From a virus (taxonomy: Duplodnaviria > Caudoviricetes): 32,621 bases of DNA. Position 1 is the first letter of the stretch, and the number at the start of each line of letters is the position of its first letter. The DNA lies in the IMG/VR virus record IMGVR_UViG_3300032272_000049, positions 1 to 32,621 of that record; one strand, 5' to 3'. A program made the translations under genes and the position numbers. This document shows, one piece after another, positions 15,361 to 24,830 of this stretch. Below the pieces are notes generated by a model. The model was not told the DNA's origin. It ran no database searches and worked only from the letters and a program-made list of their open reading frames with translations.

Positions 15361-17699
15361 TGTTTAGACCTTGTACCAGACCGTTTTTTAGCCGCGCGAA
15401 CAGCTTCAGATATGGTTTCGAACGGCTTTAGCTTTTCGCCTGTTATTGGGTCAACAAATCCATTTCCCTCAAACGTATCAAACAACAATTTACGGCCAGA
15501 TTTTGTGCTTGTATCTATAACATTTCCATCAGCCAAGACGGTTGGGACATTAAAAACCCTACCATCTTCTGCCGTTATTGTTTCCGTTTTTTCTGAAAAA
15601 ACTTCTCCTGTCGTCAAGTCCCTAAAAACGGGGCGCCCTTGGGGTGTGGTTTCATTTGTTTTTTCCGAATTTGTTTGCCTTACTCCTTCTTGTCCAGACG
15701 ATCCAAACCTAATCCCTAATAGTTGCTCTAAACCAGATGAACTTTCAACGGCATCAAATTTAACCTCATACGGTTCACCCGCAGCATTTTCAACAGCCAA
15801 GAAATAACCCCCGATATTAAGATGCAATACGGCCCCGTCACCCGTTGAATTGTTTAACCATATGCCATTATCAACAGCACTTTGTATCATCACCTCTTTA
15901 TCGGCAAATTCAGGCAGGCGCGGATCATCAAGCGGTGCTGGGTTAAAGGCGCGAATATCATCTTCCCGGCTCGCTATTTCAAGGCCAAGTTGCAAGTCGT
16001 CGCTATCAATTCCAACGGGGACAATCAGGTTCATATTGTCGGCTTCGATTATATCCTCTGGGAACATCTGTTCCAAAACAGTTCGAACGGCCGTGCTTTT
16101 CTCTACACCCTTACGCATTTCGGAAAACACAAGTCGGGTTGCTATCCCTGAATTATTCGAAAAGGTTCGTGCAGCCGCGCCTGTTGTGTCGCCTATTTCA
16201 AAGGCAGACCGATAAGAAGCAAGGCTGTCGATTATTTCTTTTCTTGCGTCTGATACCTCAAGGGATGGCAGGTCTTTGGTCAGGTCGATTTCCTTAACGC
16301 CTTTAAGCCCTACAATGCTTGCAGCAAGGCCGGGGTTTTCAGAATGACGCATAGACGCCGCGAACTCACTCGGCAATTCAGCCTTGGAAAGCTCGGCTAT
16401 AACCTGTGGTGCTGCATCGCCCCATTCATCTTTAAACGCCTTGAGGGATGAGGTCACAATGTCAGCCCCCATTTTGTTAAAGTTCTCCACAATAGCATCT
16501 GCCATATTCTCCGGCAAAACACGCCTTAAGTTGTTTGGAACGCCAAGGCGGTTGTATTGTTCATCAAGGCCCGACACATAGTTACGGGCGGCAATATCCC
16601 GATCCTCCGCATCGGCCCCTTGATATGCTGCAAATGTCTGTGAAACCTCATCGGAGGTTCCCAAAACAAATGACGCGCTATCGTCGGCTATTGCCGTATT
16701 CCTATCTTTAATTGCCTTCGCAAGTGTGGATAGGTGCCGCGAATCCTTTACGCTGCGCCCCGGGTCTTTAACCGCCGATTGCGCTTCATCGAATGAAAGC
16801 TGTAATTCTTCCGCACTTGATGTATTAACGCCGTGGATGACTTCCGCTTCGCTTATCGCAAGGTCATATTCTTCTTTTAGTTTGGCCGCTTCTTCTGGGT
16901 TTGTGGATTGCAGTGCTTCAAATTCCGGCCCTTCCATAAGGCTATCAACAGGCGGCGCACCGTTCGCCTGTGCGTAAGCAACCTCTTCGGATGCCGCTAC
17001 GCTAAAGTTCTTAACCGCTACGGCCTGTGCAGTTTTGGCCTCTCGCGCCACTCTTGCTATTTCCTGTTCGGCGTTCTTTTTTGTTGCAAGTAATTGCTTT
17101 GCGGAAAGTGATTTGTCAAACTTACCATCTAGTACATTTTGAAGAACTTGCTCTGGGTCTTCTTTTATAAGAACACTATTCGCAACATTCGTGTAGAAGT
17201 CTGCGTTCTTCGGGTCTTTGGCGGCATACTCGGATAACAAAGTTGGGTCATGGAACAAAGCTACGCCCCTATCACGCCGCGCCTGTGCCACAGCCTTTAC
17301 CTTGCCCGCAGCCCTCACAGCAGATTCGCGGCCTAATGCTTTTGTTTCCAGCGTCAAGCCGTACTTATCTAATGCAAGCTTTAACCTATCGCGCCCACGT
17401 TCGGGGGAGTTCTCCATAACCTGGGCAACATATTCCTTATACTCGCCTGAAATACCTTTAGCAAAGCCGTTGCCCGCATCTTTTGCCCGTTCATTATAGG
17501 TTCTTGCCCACTGCGCCTGTCCCTCGGCAAGCAGACGTTCATTTTCAATCGCCGCTTCCTTTTCAAAAAACTCGGAGAAGTTATTAGCGGTTTGCTGTGC
17601 AACCTGTCCAGCTTGTTTAAGCTGTTGGCTTTCAGCCCGTGAAACTTGTCCAGCGGCCCGTGCCTGTATTGGTGCTTTGGATGTTAGAAATTCTACCAT
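15357..17699 (-). CDS. Internal virion protein
   Basis: 780 aa Ala-rich helical protein in the ejection-protein cluster. Confidence 0.75.
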   Translation of the reverse strand: MVEFLTSKAPIQARAAGQVSRAESQQLKQAGQVAQQTANNFSEFFEKEAAIENERLLAEGQAQWARTYNERAKDAGNGFAKGISGEYKEYVAQVMENSPERGRDRLKLALDKYGLTLETKALGRESAVRAAGKVKAVAQARRDRGVALFHDPTLLSEYAAKDPKNADFYTNVANSVLIKEDPEQVLQNVLDGKFDKSLSAKQLLATKKNAEQEIARVAREAKTAQAVAVKNFSVAASEEVAYAQANGAPPVDSLMEGPEFEALQSTNPEEAAKLKEEYDLAISEAEVIHGVNTSSAEELQLSFDEAQSAVKDPGRSVKDSRHLSTLAKAIKDRNTAIADDSASFVLGTSDEVSQTFAAYQGADAEDRDIAARNYVSGLDEQYNRLGVPNNLRRVLPENMADAIVENFNKMGADIVTSSLKAFKDEWGDAAPQVIAELSKAELPSEFAASMRHSENPGLAASIVGLKGVKEIDLTKDLPSLEVSDARKEIIDSLASYRSAFEIGDTTGAAARTFSNNSGIATRLVFSEMRKGVEKSTAVRTVLEQMFPEDIIEADNMNLIVPVGIDSDDLQLGLEIASREDDIRAFNPAPLDDPRLPEFADKEVMIQSAVDNGIWLNNSTGDGAVLHLNIGGYFLAVENAAGEPYEVKFDAVESSSGLEQLLGIRFGSSGQEGVRQTNSEKTNETTPQGRPVFRDLTTGEVFSEKTETITAEDGRVFNVPTVLADGNVIDTSTKSGRKLLFDTFEGNGFVDPITGEKLKPFETISEAVRAAKKRSGTRSKQ

Positions 17700-18283
17700 T
17701 ATGTAAACCCTCCCAAACCTTTACCGCCAAATAGAGGGTTAAATACAGAACCGCCGCCGCTTGGCAAATTAAGTGGGTCAACCTGATTTAAGGCACCTAT
17801 CCCGGCTGTTAATACATTCAACGGGCTTGCTGACTTGCGGGCTTGTTGCGCCTGGAAGTCAGCAGACGTGCCTTGCTGTTCGCCTCTAAATTCTACCGTC
17901 AATGCGTCCAACTCCTGCGCAACTGCGTTTTGGTCAAGAACCCCAAAGGCCGTACCAGACAAAGCACCGCCCTCGGCAAATGATACACGGTCAGATGATT
18001 GTTTGATTCTGTTTTTGCGGCGTAGCTTTTCAGCTTCAATACTTGACGCCACTCGCGCCTCTGTTGCTTGGCGGGTAAACTCTGACGCTTGCGCCTTGGC
18101 TTCTTTATTGCCCTTTACCGCCCCCAGAACAGGCAGAACAACAGAGGCAACCGTGGCTACTGTGCCAATAGTTGCTGCTGTGCTGGCACTCGCGCCTAAT
18201 GCTGTTGCGATTGTGATCGGGTCAAAGACAATCTTTTGCGTGAATGCGTCAGGATGTAATGACCATGATGGATAAATCTTCAT
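17699..18283 (-). CDS. Small internal virion protein (T7 gp14 / P22 gp7-like position)
   Basis: DPITIA plus Ala/Gly hydrophobic N-part, coiled coil, SG..GT motif. Confidence 0.7.
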   Translation of the reverse strand: MKIYPSWSLHPDAFTQKIVFDPITIATALGASASTAATIGTVATVASVVLPVLGAVKGNKEAKAQASEFTRQATEARVASSIEAEKLRRKNRIKQSSDRVSFAEGGALSGTAFGVLDQNAVAQELDALTVEFRGEQQGTSADFQAQQARKSASPLNVLTAGIGALNQVDPLNLPSGGGSVFNPLFGGKGLGGFT

Positions 18284-18699
18284 TATTTACACCTTACATA
18301 AACTCTATAGTCGCCGCTATCCGGACCCCAGTTTTTAGCGACCGGTGTTTCGACGGTAAATCCAAGGCGTTCAGCCCATTTATAACCGCCCTCAAATCCA
18401 ACCTTAACCGCAAGTTCAATCCTTTTCAATTCGCAGTTGTCCAAATGTCTGTGAACTTCTTCGGTAATTTTACGCGCATTCCTGCGCCAATCTCTTGTAA
18501 GCCACGCCCATGCAACACCTGTGCCTTCCCATTTCGGCAATATCCCGCAAATTGCAACCACATTCCCATCATCATCAATGGCAGATACCCCGCCGCATTC
18601 TTCCATGTTCACGGCAATCTCTGGTGTTATCTCTTCTGCAACACCGTTTATGACATCCAGTAGCATTGCATGCTCTGCTTTCATCGGGACGAATTTCAT
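18283..18699 (-). CDS. GNAT-fold protein (T7 gp13-like position)
   Basis: G..VAICG...W.G.G.AW and V...F..G.KWAE.LGF..E motifs. Confidence 0.75.
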   Translation of the reverse strand: MKFVPMKAEHAMLLDVINGVAEEITPEIAVNMEECGGVSAIDDDGNVVAICGILPKWEGTGVAWAWLTRDWRRNARKITEEVHRHLDNCELKRIELAVKVGFEGGYKWAERLGFTVETPVAKNWGPDSGDYRVYVRCK

Positions 18700-21149
18700 T
18701 ATCGAGCCTCTTCCGTTGTAACCTGTGGCATGATTGCGGCTATTGTAGCAGGAAAAACGGTATCATTAATATACCAAATACGCCCGTCTGTTTCATAACC
18801 ACCGGGCCACGATAACAAAACATCCCCATTAACCAACGGAGGTGGTGAACCCATAGGCGTCACAGGTGATCTGTAGTTCAAACCGCCTATTTCATCTGTG
18901 TTGCCTTCGGCTGGTCCTGCACTGCCGCCAAGTGTGTTTAGAACCCTAAAGGCTACATCAGTAATACGCTTTGTCTTAGCTTGGCTTGTCCCGTCAGCCG
19001 CGCCGCTGTCAATTCTATTCGTGGCGTATTTCGATGAATACCGCAGTCCAAATTGCATGACACTTGCCGCAGATGACGCTGTAAACTGTCCGTTTGCTAT
19101 CACAACGTCAGGGGAATTCGCACCGTCTTGCATTACAGCCAGAGTTTCCCCTTCAAGATGGTCTATGCCAAATACGGTGGTTGCACTTGTCCCGTCATAT
19201 GTTAGCCCGCTATCTGAATAAGTGGCGTCCTCTTGTGCGTCCCCTGTTTGGAATTCTGGTCTGATATATTCCACATATCGCCGCGTTGATCCGTTGATTG
19301 TTCTTGAAACAACAGCCCAAACATCATCCCGAACACCATCGGGTGAGGGGATAACAGAAAGGCTTTCCACTTTTGTATCAGTGCCGCCCAACAAATGACG
19401 CGCCCAAGCTCTTACCTGTTGCGTCTGGTCAAAGGCAAAGGATAACAGAACGCCGTCACCCCGTGTAAACCAAAGTGTTTGGTATGGTTCTTCTTGTCGC
19501 ACCATCGCCGTGATGGTGGATAGTGTTAAATGCTCTGAACGAACTGTCATATCGGGGGCAATGAATGTATCTACATCGAAAGAAAACTGTAGGCCACGAA
19601 TTTTGCGCCCGGACGCTTGCAGGAATAAGACATTCTCACCAACACGAATTGGCCTAACAGGTTTTGCGCCGTAAGCAGTTTGTCGTGTAACCTTGATATT
19701 GTTCGGGCCTAATGGATCAGACGTTGTTTGCGTATCGACGATAAACTCCGCGCCGATTGTTGTCACGATAAGGTTTAAAGCCTCGGTCAGTCCTACAATA
19801 TCATTTGCCTCACTTGACTGCATGGTTACAGTTACTGCGCTTTCGGGTAGTATCTCACCCGTATCATCAAGGGCAAATGACTCGAAGCTATTAGATGTTG
19901 ACATATAAACCGTCTGGCCTTGCGCGAATACAAGCCTTTCGCGGAAAAATGTTGTGCTTGTCGGGAAGCCGTTAACTGTAGACCATGCGCCCTTTTGCCA
20001 GATTGTTGATACATTCCCAGACCCAATAAGCGTTTGGGGAAACCGTGTCAAAACCGTGGCTGTCGCAGTTGTGCCACCTTGGGCTGTTATTCTAGCGATG
20101 CCATAGCCTGCGCTGCGGTATATCCACTCAACGCCGCCGTCTGTTACTGTGCCAGTAATATGCGCGGGAATTGATGTGCCTGAAGTCCCCGTTGTTATTG
20201 CCTCGTATTCCTTGCCCTGTGAGCGCACAAAGTCGCCCGCTGTATAGGCCGTACCTGTCTTCCAAGGGTCCGAGGCGGTTATTTCTTCTTGGTCTATACG
20301 AATGATTGAACCAATATCATCAGCAACGAAAACACTTGTGCTTGCTGTGATGGTAATTGAACCAGTTGCGGCACCCACATACATTGATGTAGTGGTGGCA
20401 TTGAGGGGCAGAAACGGACCGTCACCCGGATCAAGTGTTGAAAACGCCCAGTTGGTCGCGGTTGTTCTTGATAGCTTCCTAGGGGCTAGTGTGCCTGACC
20501 TGTCTGTGATGTACAGAATGTCACCGGTCTGGACGAAATCAATATTCAATTCCCCACTAGAACCCTCAAGTGCTGCCGCAGAATAAGGCGAAACAATCTC
20601 GTAAGGGGTATCTGCCACGCCCCCAGATGAATATGCCGTGTATGCAGTCCCATCCACATTATCACCGTGAATGGTTGTTAGCTCGTAATCGTTCGGGGTT
20701 TTGTTCGCAACGATAAACCAACGGCCATTCAATTCTGTCATTCCAGCAATGCCGGATATAAAAACATCGTCCCCATCGCTGTAGCCGTGGCCTGTGGATG
20801 AGATGACGACAGGGCTAGCCGCCGTTGCCCCTGTGATTGTGGTTGTTGTGCCAGTTACAACAGGCGCACGGTTAAAGTAAAACCGACAATACAATTCCCC
20901 AAATTCGATTTGAAACGCTAGGTTTCTTGCGCGAATGAATGGAACAAGCCACGTTTTATCTGTGCTGTCTTTAACTGCACGAATAAACCCCGTACCACCG
21001 CGCCGAATAGCTGGCCCCTGGATGGATGGAATGTAATTCTCCATAACGTGGGCAGAGGATGAATACCCTTGTATGTCAGTTCTACCATCAAGTAGTGGTG
21101 TCCACTCGCCAGCGTTTAACGCGCTTATAATGGGGGAAGCTTTAGCCAT
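18699..21149 (-). CDS. Tail tubular protein B / nozzle, with inserted FCCH-like and CBM-like modules
   Basis: NAGEW.P...GR.D, G...RRGGT, FP....FF.ERL, AW.RH motifs. Confidence 0.9.
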   Translation of the reverse strand: MAKASPIISALNAGEWTPLLDGRTDIQGYSSSAHVMENYIPSIQGPAIRRGGTGFIRAVKDSTDKTWLVPFIRARNLAFQIEFGELYCRFYFNRAPVVTGTTTTITGATAASPVVISSTGHGYSDGDDVFISGIAGMTELNGRWFIVANKTPNDYELTTIHGDNVDGTAYTAYSSGGVADTPYEIVSPYSAAALEGSSGELNIDFVQTGDILYITDRSGTLAPRKLSRTTATNWAFSTLDPGDGPFLPLNATTTSMYVGAATGSITITASTSVFVADDIGSIIRIDQEEITASDPWKTGTAYTAGDFVRSQGKEYEAITTGTSGTSIPAHITGTVTDGGVEWIYRSAGYGIARITAQGGTTATATVLTRFPQTLIGSGNVSTIWQKGAWSTVNGFPTSTTFFRERLVFAQGQTVYMSTSNSFESFALDDTGEILPESAVTVTMQSSEANDIVGLTEALNLIVTTIGAEFIVDTQTTSDPLGPNNIKVTRQTAYGAKPVRPIRVGENVLFLQASGRKIRGLQFSFDVDTFIAPDMTVRSEHLTLSTITAMVRQEEPYQTLWFTRGDGVLLSFAFDQTQQVRAWARHLLGGTDTKVESLSVIPSPDGVRDDVWAVVSRTINGSTRRYVEYIRPEFQTGDAQEDATYSDSGLTYDGTSATTVFGIDHLEGETLAVMQDGANSPDVVIANGQFTASSAASVMQFGLRYSSKYATNRIDSGAADGTSQAKTKRITDVAFRVLNTLGGSAGPAEGNTDEIGGLNYRSPVTPMGSPPPLVNGDVLLSWPGGYETDGRIWYINDTVFPATIAAIMPQVTTEEAR

Positions 21150-21150
21150 C

Positions 21151-21774
21151 CTAGAAGTTTATCCTTGCGGTCATCCAACGCCCTGCCTGCCGCCTACGTG
21201 GAGGGCGGTAAAGGCTGTTAACCTGCCGGGCGTTCTTTATCGTGCGGTCGTATGTAAATAAAGCAGCTTCTTTCTTTGCCTTGCTTTGCGTCAGTTCTTC
21301 GGCGGCATCTGCCGCGAGCCGCGCCGCCAAGGCTTCTGCAAATAGCGGGTCGAATGAACCCGTGTCTGTAACTTGAGATATATATTCATAATCCAACGGG
21401 GCCGAAAGATCGGTGTGTATTTTCCCATCGATGATCTCATACGGCGTTTCTTCTCCTGTTATACCTGTGCTTTGGAAGTTTATGCCTATCGTCTGGGAAT
21501 TAACGATTGCACCGCCAACTCTGATTGGCCTCAAGTCACCGACTGGACGGGCATATATCTTTGTATACCCCCAAGCCGGAACCTCTGTTAATGATGCCAG
21601 TTGAACGCGCTTAACCGCAAACCGCCAAGGGTATGCAGATAATTCAACGTCACGAAGAATGTCGAAACGTGCTTTCATGGCCCGGGCGGGTTTGTTGGCA
21701 TCGTCTATAGATGTAATGCGGGCTTCGCCTAACATGCTCAACGCGCGGTTTGCTATTTGTACTTCGGAAACCAT
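21151..21774 (-). CDS. Tail tubular protein A / head-tail adaptor
   Basis: S.V.IANRAL..LG...I.S, W.FA.KR..L, FD.LF.EALAA.LA motifs. Confidence 0.9.
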   Translation of the reverse strand: MVSEVQIANRALSMLGEARITSIDDANKPARAMKARFDILRDVELSAYPWRFAVKRVQLASLTEVPAWGYTKIYARPVGDLRPIRVGGAIVNSQTIGINFQSTGITGEETPYEIIDGKIHTDLSAPLDYEYISQVTDTGSFDPLFAEALAARLAADAAEELTQSKAKKEAALFTYDRTIKNARQVNSLYRPPRRRQAGRWMTARINF

Positions 21775-21790
21775 TTGTTAGCCTCGCCTA

Positions 21791-21820
21791 TTAAGAAGCC
21801 CCACCCGAAAGGGAAGGGCT
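21791..21820 (-). terminator. Probable weak intrinsic terminator after the capsid/decoration genes
   Basis: AGCCCTTCCC-TTTC-GGGTGGGGCT followed by TCTT. Confidence 0.6.
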
Positions 21821-21825
21821 GTTCG

Positions 21826-22026
21826 TTATAAACCTGCGTCTTCGTTTACAGCCTGCATAATCGCCTTTATAGCAATCTCGACAAACTGTCGCTTGGTAAT
21901 GCTGCCAGCCGTTAGGTTGGTGTCATCCACCGCCAACTCAATATCCGAAGATGTTGTTGAGGTGTCGATGGTCACGTCAGGGGCGTCTTGGCCCCCAACG
22001 CTCACACCATAATAACGAACGGCCAT
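21826..22026 (-). CDS. Small head-associated hypothetical protein
   Basis: TAATG-coupled, 66 aa. Confidence 0.7.
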   Translation of the reverse strand: MAVRYYGVSVGGQDAPDVTIDTSTTSSDIELAVDDTNLTAGSITKRQFVEIAIKAIMQAVNEDAGL

Positions 22027-22529
22027 TAAGAGCCTGCATCAACATAGGTTACTTCAAGAACAAGTGTTCCTGCGCCGCCCATGTCTGTAGTGATGGTTCC
22101 GACTACGTCATACCAGATATTTGAATCCGCAGACAATCCCAAGGCTTCCCAAAGTGGTTTGTCTTTGTCTTCAATGCCGTAAACCGCACTTTCATGTGCA
22201 ATGTTACTATCTACCAAAGCAGTTGTAACCACTTGCGCGGACGCAAAGAAATCAGCATCAACAACGGCACCGCCATTATCGTCTGTTTGATAAATACCAA
22301 CGTCCATTGCCCCCCCGACTGCAATTGTATCACATGAAAGTAGTACCTGTTTTACGACTGCATTCGAGTGGATCCGAAAGAACCGAAGTTCATTGGCGGT
22401 ATCTTCTGCCGTTGAAACCTCGATAATACCAGGCCCAGTTGTTTTGATCCGTGCGTTATTCCAAGGATCGTTTGCAACACGCGGGGTTGCCGCGCGGTTG
22501 CTGATTAGTGTGCTGTCAATATCAGCCAT
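22026..22529 (-). CDS. Capsid decoration/cement protein candidate
   Basis: Beta-rich 167 aa directly after the major capsid gene; VDADFFASA motif. Confidence 0.7.
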   Translation of the reverse strand: MADIDSTLISNRAATPRVANDPWNNARIKTTGPGIIEVSTAEDTANELRFFRIHSNAVVKQVLLSCDTIAVGGAMDVGIYQTDDNGGAVVDADFFASAQVVTTALVDSNIAHESAVYGIEDKDKPLWEALGLSADSNIWYDVVGTITTDMGGAGTLVLEVTYVDAGS

Positions 22530-22532
22530 GAC

Positions 22533-23432
22533 TTAAACCTCCGTACATTCGATTTGAATTACACGACCGGGTTCGACGCGGGTACTGCCCATAGTCAACT
22601 TTGTGTAAAGCTGGTAAGGAACACCTTGAACGTCAGGACGGTCATCGACGCGAGCCGAAACATCGTTCCAAATACCCAAATGCATCCCAGAAGGAACCCA
22701 CATTGGACATAAGCGATATGATGCGTTTGACTGCACCAAGTTTGACACGATGATTTTACAACCAGCGAATTGGTCCACGCGGCCATCTTTCAGAATGGGC
22801 ATGTTATTCATGCTTGTGAAATAATCCGTGTTGATTACTTGGGTTTGACGCAACAGGTCTTCTTCTTGTTCCGGCGTAATTGCCAAATAACACATTTCGT
22901 CTTCAAGGTCTACGTTAGCAGCCTTCATCAGACGTTTTGCACGGATGATCTTATCAACGTTCAAGCCAGTATCAGCAGCAGCACCTACAGCAGCATCTAC
23001 ACGATGATTAGTCGTATCGAATGCAACAGCAGTTGTGCCTGATTTGCCTGTTTGTGTGCTGCCAAAGAAGGCATCGAACACAAGATTGTCGATCTGACGA
23101 GCAGCAGCTTTAACAGCCACCTCTGTCAATGGGCCGCGCGGGTCTGTGATTGTGCGCAACTCATCAAACGAACTTACCATCTGTGGCAAGTCGTAATCAG
23201 TTGGGTACACCCACACGCGATCGAGTGGTGCGTCTGAACGGGGCATAGGCGCAAAGCGCGATACGACTTCGTTCATTTCAAGCGAGCCGTACTGGTCAAC
23301 AACAACAGCGGATTCGCCTTGGTGTGAACGCTCTGACACGGTTGGGCGGAGTTTCCCGCCTTTGATTTGCAGCAGGTGCGCGACATTGGTCGTGAACTGG
23401 TCTACAAAATGTTGTGGTAAGTTTGCTGACAT
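22533..23432 (-). CDS. Major capsid protein
   Basis: FV.QF..NV.HLLQ.KG.KLR, AAAR..D, G..RVE...V motifs; start moved to ATG 23432 behind GGAGG. Confidence 0.92.
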   Translation of the reverse strand: MSANLPQHFVDQFTTNVAHLLQIKGGKLRPTVSERSHQGESAVVVDQYGSLEMNEVVSRFAPMPRSDAPLDRVWVYPTDYDLPQMVSSFDELRTITDPRGPLTEVAVKAAARQIDNLVFDAFFGSTQTGKSGTTAVAFDTTNHRVDAAVGAAADTGLNVDKIIRAKRLMKAANVDLEDEMCYLAITPEQEEDLLRQTQVINTDYFTSMNNMPILKDGRVDQFAGCKIIVSNLVQSNASYRLCPMWVPSGMHLGIWNDVSARVDDRPDVQGVPYQLYTKLTMGSTRVEPGRVIQIECTEV

Positions 23433-23464
23433 AGCAGCCTCCATGATTGCTTAAGTTACAATCG

Positions 23465-23559
23465 AGAACAGCTTATCCAAACGGGGCCAACTCTGGGATT
23501 TAAGGCTTCATCAGCCCCGTTCTTTCTCGGCGTCAGGCGGGGTCTAAGACTTATCCGCC
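23465..23559 (-). promoter_or_regulatory. Structured RNA leader upstream of the major capsid gene
   Basis: Two hairpins sharing a GG-AUAA-G/C-C-CC internal loop, plus an alternative AACGGGGC/GCCCCGTT pairing. Confidence 0.55.
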
Positions 23560-23718
23560 GATTTTTGAGCTTGGCTTTGCAGGGGCTTTTGGCTTTTCCT
23601 GCGCGGCTGACACCCATTCTTCCAACCTTGTAGCGTTTCTTATCACTTGGTCAGGTGCTTGGATGCCCATTTTTGTAATGGCCTCAATACAGCGCATTCT
23701 AATCTCTTTTTGTGTCAT
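23551..23718 (-). CDS. 55-aa hypothetical protein (MTQKEIRMRCIEAITK...KPSSKIGG)
   Basis: AAGGA RBS; fills the scaffold-capsid gap; not in the track. Confidence 0.7.
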   Translation of the reverse strand: MTQKEIRMRCIEAITKMGIQAPDQVIRNATRLEEWVSAAQEKPKAPAKPSSKIGG

Positions 23719-23721
23719 TGT

Positions 23722-24534
23722 CTATTCCTTTTCATTCGAGATTATTTTTTGCAGGTCTGTGATGCGCTTGACAGCCTCTGCGTTGTTGGGGCCAAGATAA
23801 GCTTTAGAGAACACTGGGTCGTTTAGAAGCTCGGCCTTCTTGGCTGTGGCTGCGGCCGGGGTCATGGAGAAAGAAAGGTCGCCGGGCGCATCGCCAAGAA
23901 CAACCTGGCCTTCAGAAGATCGAGAAGCTACACGCGCAAGGAAGTCATACATCTGCGTCTTATCGCCGGCCAGCAAGCCCTCAAGCTGTGCTTCATCCAT
24001 ACCAACAGTCGCCATAACCTTTACCGCGTCATTGAAGCCCTTGTCGTTCGTTGTCTTCCAAGCATCAAACGCAGCTGAAGCAGTCTCGTCTTGTGCTGCC
24101 TGTACTTCTTGCGCGGATGTTGCCATGACTTCCTGCATCCCCTTTAGCTGCCCATCGGATAAGCCAAGCTCATGCGCCTTTGCTGTTGCTGCCTTGAATG
24201 TGGCAGTGTCAAAGCCTTCGCCAAGAACATTTGTATAGCCCTCTGCGGTTTCAGGCCGACCCAAGCGGGAATAAACATCCCCCATTTGTGCAGCGTCTGT
24301 CATATCAGCGGGTAATTTCAAGAGTTGTGTTTCAGGAACGCCGCGCAAACTTTCAAGGTTTTTATAGCTTGTCGCCAATGCGCCTACATCTGTAAAGCCC
24401 TTGGTTTCGACATACCCCTTTAGATCGCCTTCAAGGCCATCTGTCCAAGCCGGTGCTGGTGTAGCCGCTACCCCCGTGTCTGCGGGTGGTGCGGCTTGGC
24501 CCTCAACAGGGGCCGCTGTGACTACATCATTCAT
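23722..24534 (-). CDS. Capsid assembly scaffolding protein
   Basis: Pro/Ala-rich N-tail, LA.SY.NLE, LGRPE...Y, GLS..Q motifs; upstream of capsid. Confidence 0.85.
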   Translation of the reverse strand: MNDVVTAAPVEGQAAPPADTGVAATPAPAWTDGLEGDLKGYVETKGFTDVGALATSYKNLESLRGVPETQLLKLPADMTDAAQMGDVYSRLGRPETAEGYTNVLGEGFDTATFKAATAKAHELGLSDGQLKGMQEVMATSAQEVQAAQDETASAAFDAWKTTNDKGFNDAVKVMATVGMDEAQLEGLLAGDKTQMYDFLARVASRSSEGQVVLGDAPGDLSFSMTPAAATAKKAELLNDPVFSKAYLGPNNAEAVKRITDLQKIISNEKE

Positions 24535-24536
24535 AC

Positions 24537-24830
24537 TTATTTCCTTTGGTTGGTTTCAGTTACTCGTTTTAGTTCCGTCATTTTACCATAGAGCATCTTC
24601 TTTACATGCACATAGGTTCTTTGTTGTTGAAGGTTAGCAACAGCACGATACGGATCAACCGCACCATCGTTATCTGTTGGTAGGCTGTGAACTGTGCAGC
24701 CCGTTACCCTCTCAAGATCACGTAAGACCACCTCGCCTTCTGGTTTAAGGGTTCCTTTATCGTCAAGAAACAATCCGCGATAGCAACGCATTACTTCCAT
24801 TTTGATATTTGCTGCCTCTGCCGGGGTCAT
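24537..24830 (-). CDS. Bbp19-like small head-region protein
   Basis: Y..LF....G..VL.DL and DPY motifs between portal and scaffold. Confidence 0.7.
   Translation of the reverse strand: MTPAEAANIKMEVMRCYRGLFLDDKGTLKPEGEVVLRDLERVTGCTVHSLPTDNDGAVDPYRAVANLQQQRTYVHVKKMLYGKMTELKRVTETNQRK

Noticed and set aside
23495-23530. CUGAUGA hammerhead-ribozyme core in the capsid leader (- strand)
   Set aside because: No GAAA after a stem II; the upstream GAAA is too close to leave room for stems III and I and a cleavage triplet
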